Of a stretch of 64,000 nucleotides of DNA, positions 62,226-64,000 are shown piece by piece. Source of the DNA: Raillietiella orientalis (taxonomy: Eukaryota); contig JAYWIR010000024.1 of NCBI GenBank assembly GCA_036172245.1, positions 930,001 to 994,000 of the forward strand. Reading direction: 5' to 3'. Made by a program: the position numbers and the translations under genes. Every line of letters starts with the position of its first letter. Within the stretch, counting starts at the first letter, position 1. Under the pieces are notes generated by a model. It was not told the DNA's origin, did not search any database, and saw nothing but the letters and a program-made list of their open reading frames with translations.

Positions 62226-62310
62226 GTAAGTTGATCTCGGTCCTTCGCGTACGTCACTGGAAATTTTCTTTTCTTTTCTTTTCTTATTTGTTTGTTTGTT
62301 TTTTTTTTTT

Positions 62311-62337
62311 CTTCTTCTTCTTCTTCTTCTTCTTCTT
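62311..62337. repeat. (CTT)9 microsatellite in an intron
   Basis: Read directly from the sequence. Confidence 0.9.
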
Positions 62338-62384
62338 TTTTGGGGTTTTGTTTTGTTTTGCCGTTCGCACTGCCACGCCTCCAG

Positions 62385-62630
62385 ATTACGCTGCTTTTTG
62401 GATTCTTGGTGATTGTTTCTCTGGCACTGTCCGAGGACGTCGACGCCTCGCAGAAGGATAGCACCAGCAGCTCCGAGGACTTTGAGACGCTCGGGGAAGT
62501 TGGCAGGAACTCGACCGCCGCCTACGACACAGCGACAGCCACTTTCGAAGAAACGTCGACCGGATCGACCGAAGAAGCGTCGACAGTGGAGCACGTGCCC
62601 AGAACCTCGGAGGCTGCGGATAATAACTGA
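62385..62630 (+). CDS. Terminal exon of an 86-aa secreted acidic Ser/Thr/Glu-rich (mucin-like) peptide
   Basis: Phase-0 acceptor cctccAG|ATT completes the signal peptide MDKMLITLLFGFLVIVSLALS. The mature part EDVDASQ...AADNN has an NST sequon. TGA at 62628-62630 and AATAAA at 62872. Confidence 0.75.
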   Translation: MTLLFGFLVIVSLALSEDVDASQKDSTSSSEDFETLGEVGRNSTAAYDTATATFEETSTGSTEEASTVEHVPRTSEAADNN

Positions 62631-62871
62631 TGCAGGGGGCCGCCTCTGTACCGAGGCAGCCCACCCCTCACGAGAGGTGGAAAGGCAACGTGCCGGAGCA
62701 GCGTTTGTTGCACGTGCACGATGCCCAAAGAAATCCACGAAGAACAGTGAATAGCTGGGAACAGAAAATCGATCACCCCATGTGCATGTGTATGTAGTGT
62801 GTGCGTGCTGTTGAGTGTCTGAGCTTTGGCTCTGGTTGGCCCGACACGAAGTGTGACCTGTTGAATGTGTC

Positions 62872-62877
62872 AATAAA
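62872..62877 (+). promoter_or_regulatory. Polyadenylation signal
   Basis: AATAAA ~240 nt after the stop of the small secreted protein. Confidence 0.55.
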
Positions 62878-64000
62878 GCAATGAGAGACGCATGCTGTCC
62901 CCAGTCTCCTCACTTCCATTACGAGGCATCCTGCACTGTTCTCGCCATTCCGAGTCCCTCCCCCTTCGAGCTCCCCGTAGCGGAGGAAGCAGAGTGTTTC
63001 TGCCAGTGAGGCACTGCGACCCCACCCCCTGCCCCCTTCCTCCTTGGTCTACTCCTCAGAGTTCGTCCAGCGTGCTTCCCCCACCAAGGGCGTAGTCTGC
63101 TCTGGAAGGACGATCAGGAAAAGTCTCGGAGTGGTAGGGGGGGAGGGTGAGCGGAGCGGAGGGACGAGCGAACGGCCCCTCTCTCGCGGCTGCTTTGAGA
63201 GAACGAGGAGTTGTTGGAGTTCGCTTTCCTGCTTCCTTTCCAACCAGAAAACGCTAGGCCCTCTCCCGCCATCGGCTGCTGGAGGTGAGAAGGTCACTTC
63301 TTGAGTCCATGCCGTAAATTCCCCAGGAGATGCCTGTCCTTGGAGACCGACTGTCCCTCGATTTCTCAGCAAACTGCTCGGTGCGCGCTCCTCGCATCGA
63401 GAGACGTATGTCCAGGTGGCCACGCTGAAAAACGTTCCAAGGTCCCCAGTTGGACTGTGCATCATCCAGTGGCTCGAAGGCGTGATTTGCTCATGGATCA
63501 CCACGCTCATAAATCAGGGAGAGGACACCCAGAATTTCAGTTCTTTGTCGAGATGAAAAAACCTCCTCGGCCTCCTGGCGATGCACGCTGAAGACCAGAA
63601 TCAGACATTGTTGGTGGGCCGGCTATGCGCAGCGGTGGAGCAGAAAGAAACCACCACGGCTCAGCTGGGCTGAGTCTAGGGAAATCACAAAAAGGGAAGC
63701 AAACGAGGGTCTCTTCCTCTCAAGAGGAACTGGGCCATTCCCTTTGCTTTTCCTTTTTATTCTTGTTGCTGCTGCTTCCCTCTTCCCTCTCCTCCCCTCC
63801 TCCTCCTCGAGAAGATTCTCTTGATGTGTAGTAAAAGAGAGAAAAGCAAGAAAGAAAAATTCCGACTGGCATGAGTCTATAAGTCCAGGTCCTTTGCACA
63901 CCCCTTCGAGTTCCAGAAGGAAAACGTTGGAAAGATTTCCATTAATCCCCACTTCCAGGTTCGAGTACCGCGCCCTTTCTATTTGCCGTTGCATACCAAG

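Overview
Eukaryotic genomic DNA, not prokaryotic. Spliceosomal introns, a TATA box, AATAAA signals and a retroelement mix of Gypsy, L1/Tx1 and NeSL/Utopia-like elements suggest an arthropod, possibly a chelicerate (inference). Host genes: (1) a 3-exon + strand gene (TATA 9728; non-coding exon 1 ending 9927; CDS 13697-13852 + 15318-17306) encoding a 714-aa secreted Pro/Tyr/Gly-rich repetitive protein; (2) an unidentified compact multi-exon - strand gene at ~25.0-31.3 kb, with a dead fragment of the UGGT C-terminus in one intron; (3) a small gene with two coding exons (62211-62225 + 62385-62630) for an 86-aa secreted acidic Ser/Thr-rich peptide. Most of the remainder is decayed retroelements: five Gypsy pol relics, several L1/Tx1 relics and two RLE-type (NeSL/Utopia-like) LINEs. 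There are also five copies of an unrecognised ~700-bp SINE-like family with a hairpin cap and a tRNA-like head. The most unusual pattern is a recurrent class of short fold-back (inverted) duplications. At three sites a paralog or a conserved motif indicates that the inverted arm was inserted. Almost all entries in the six-frame ORF track are spurious. All homology calls are by-eye motif recognition; no searches were run.
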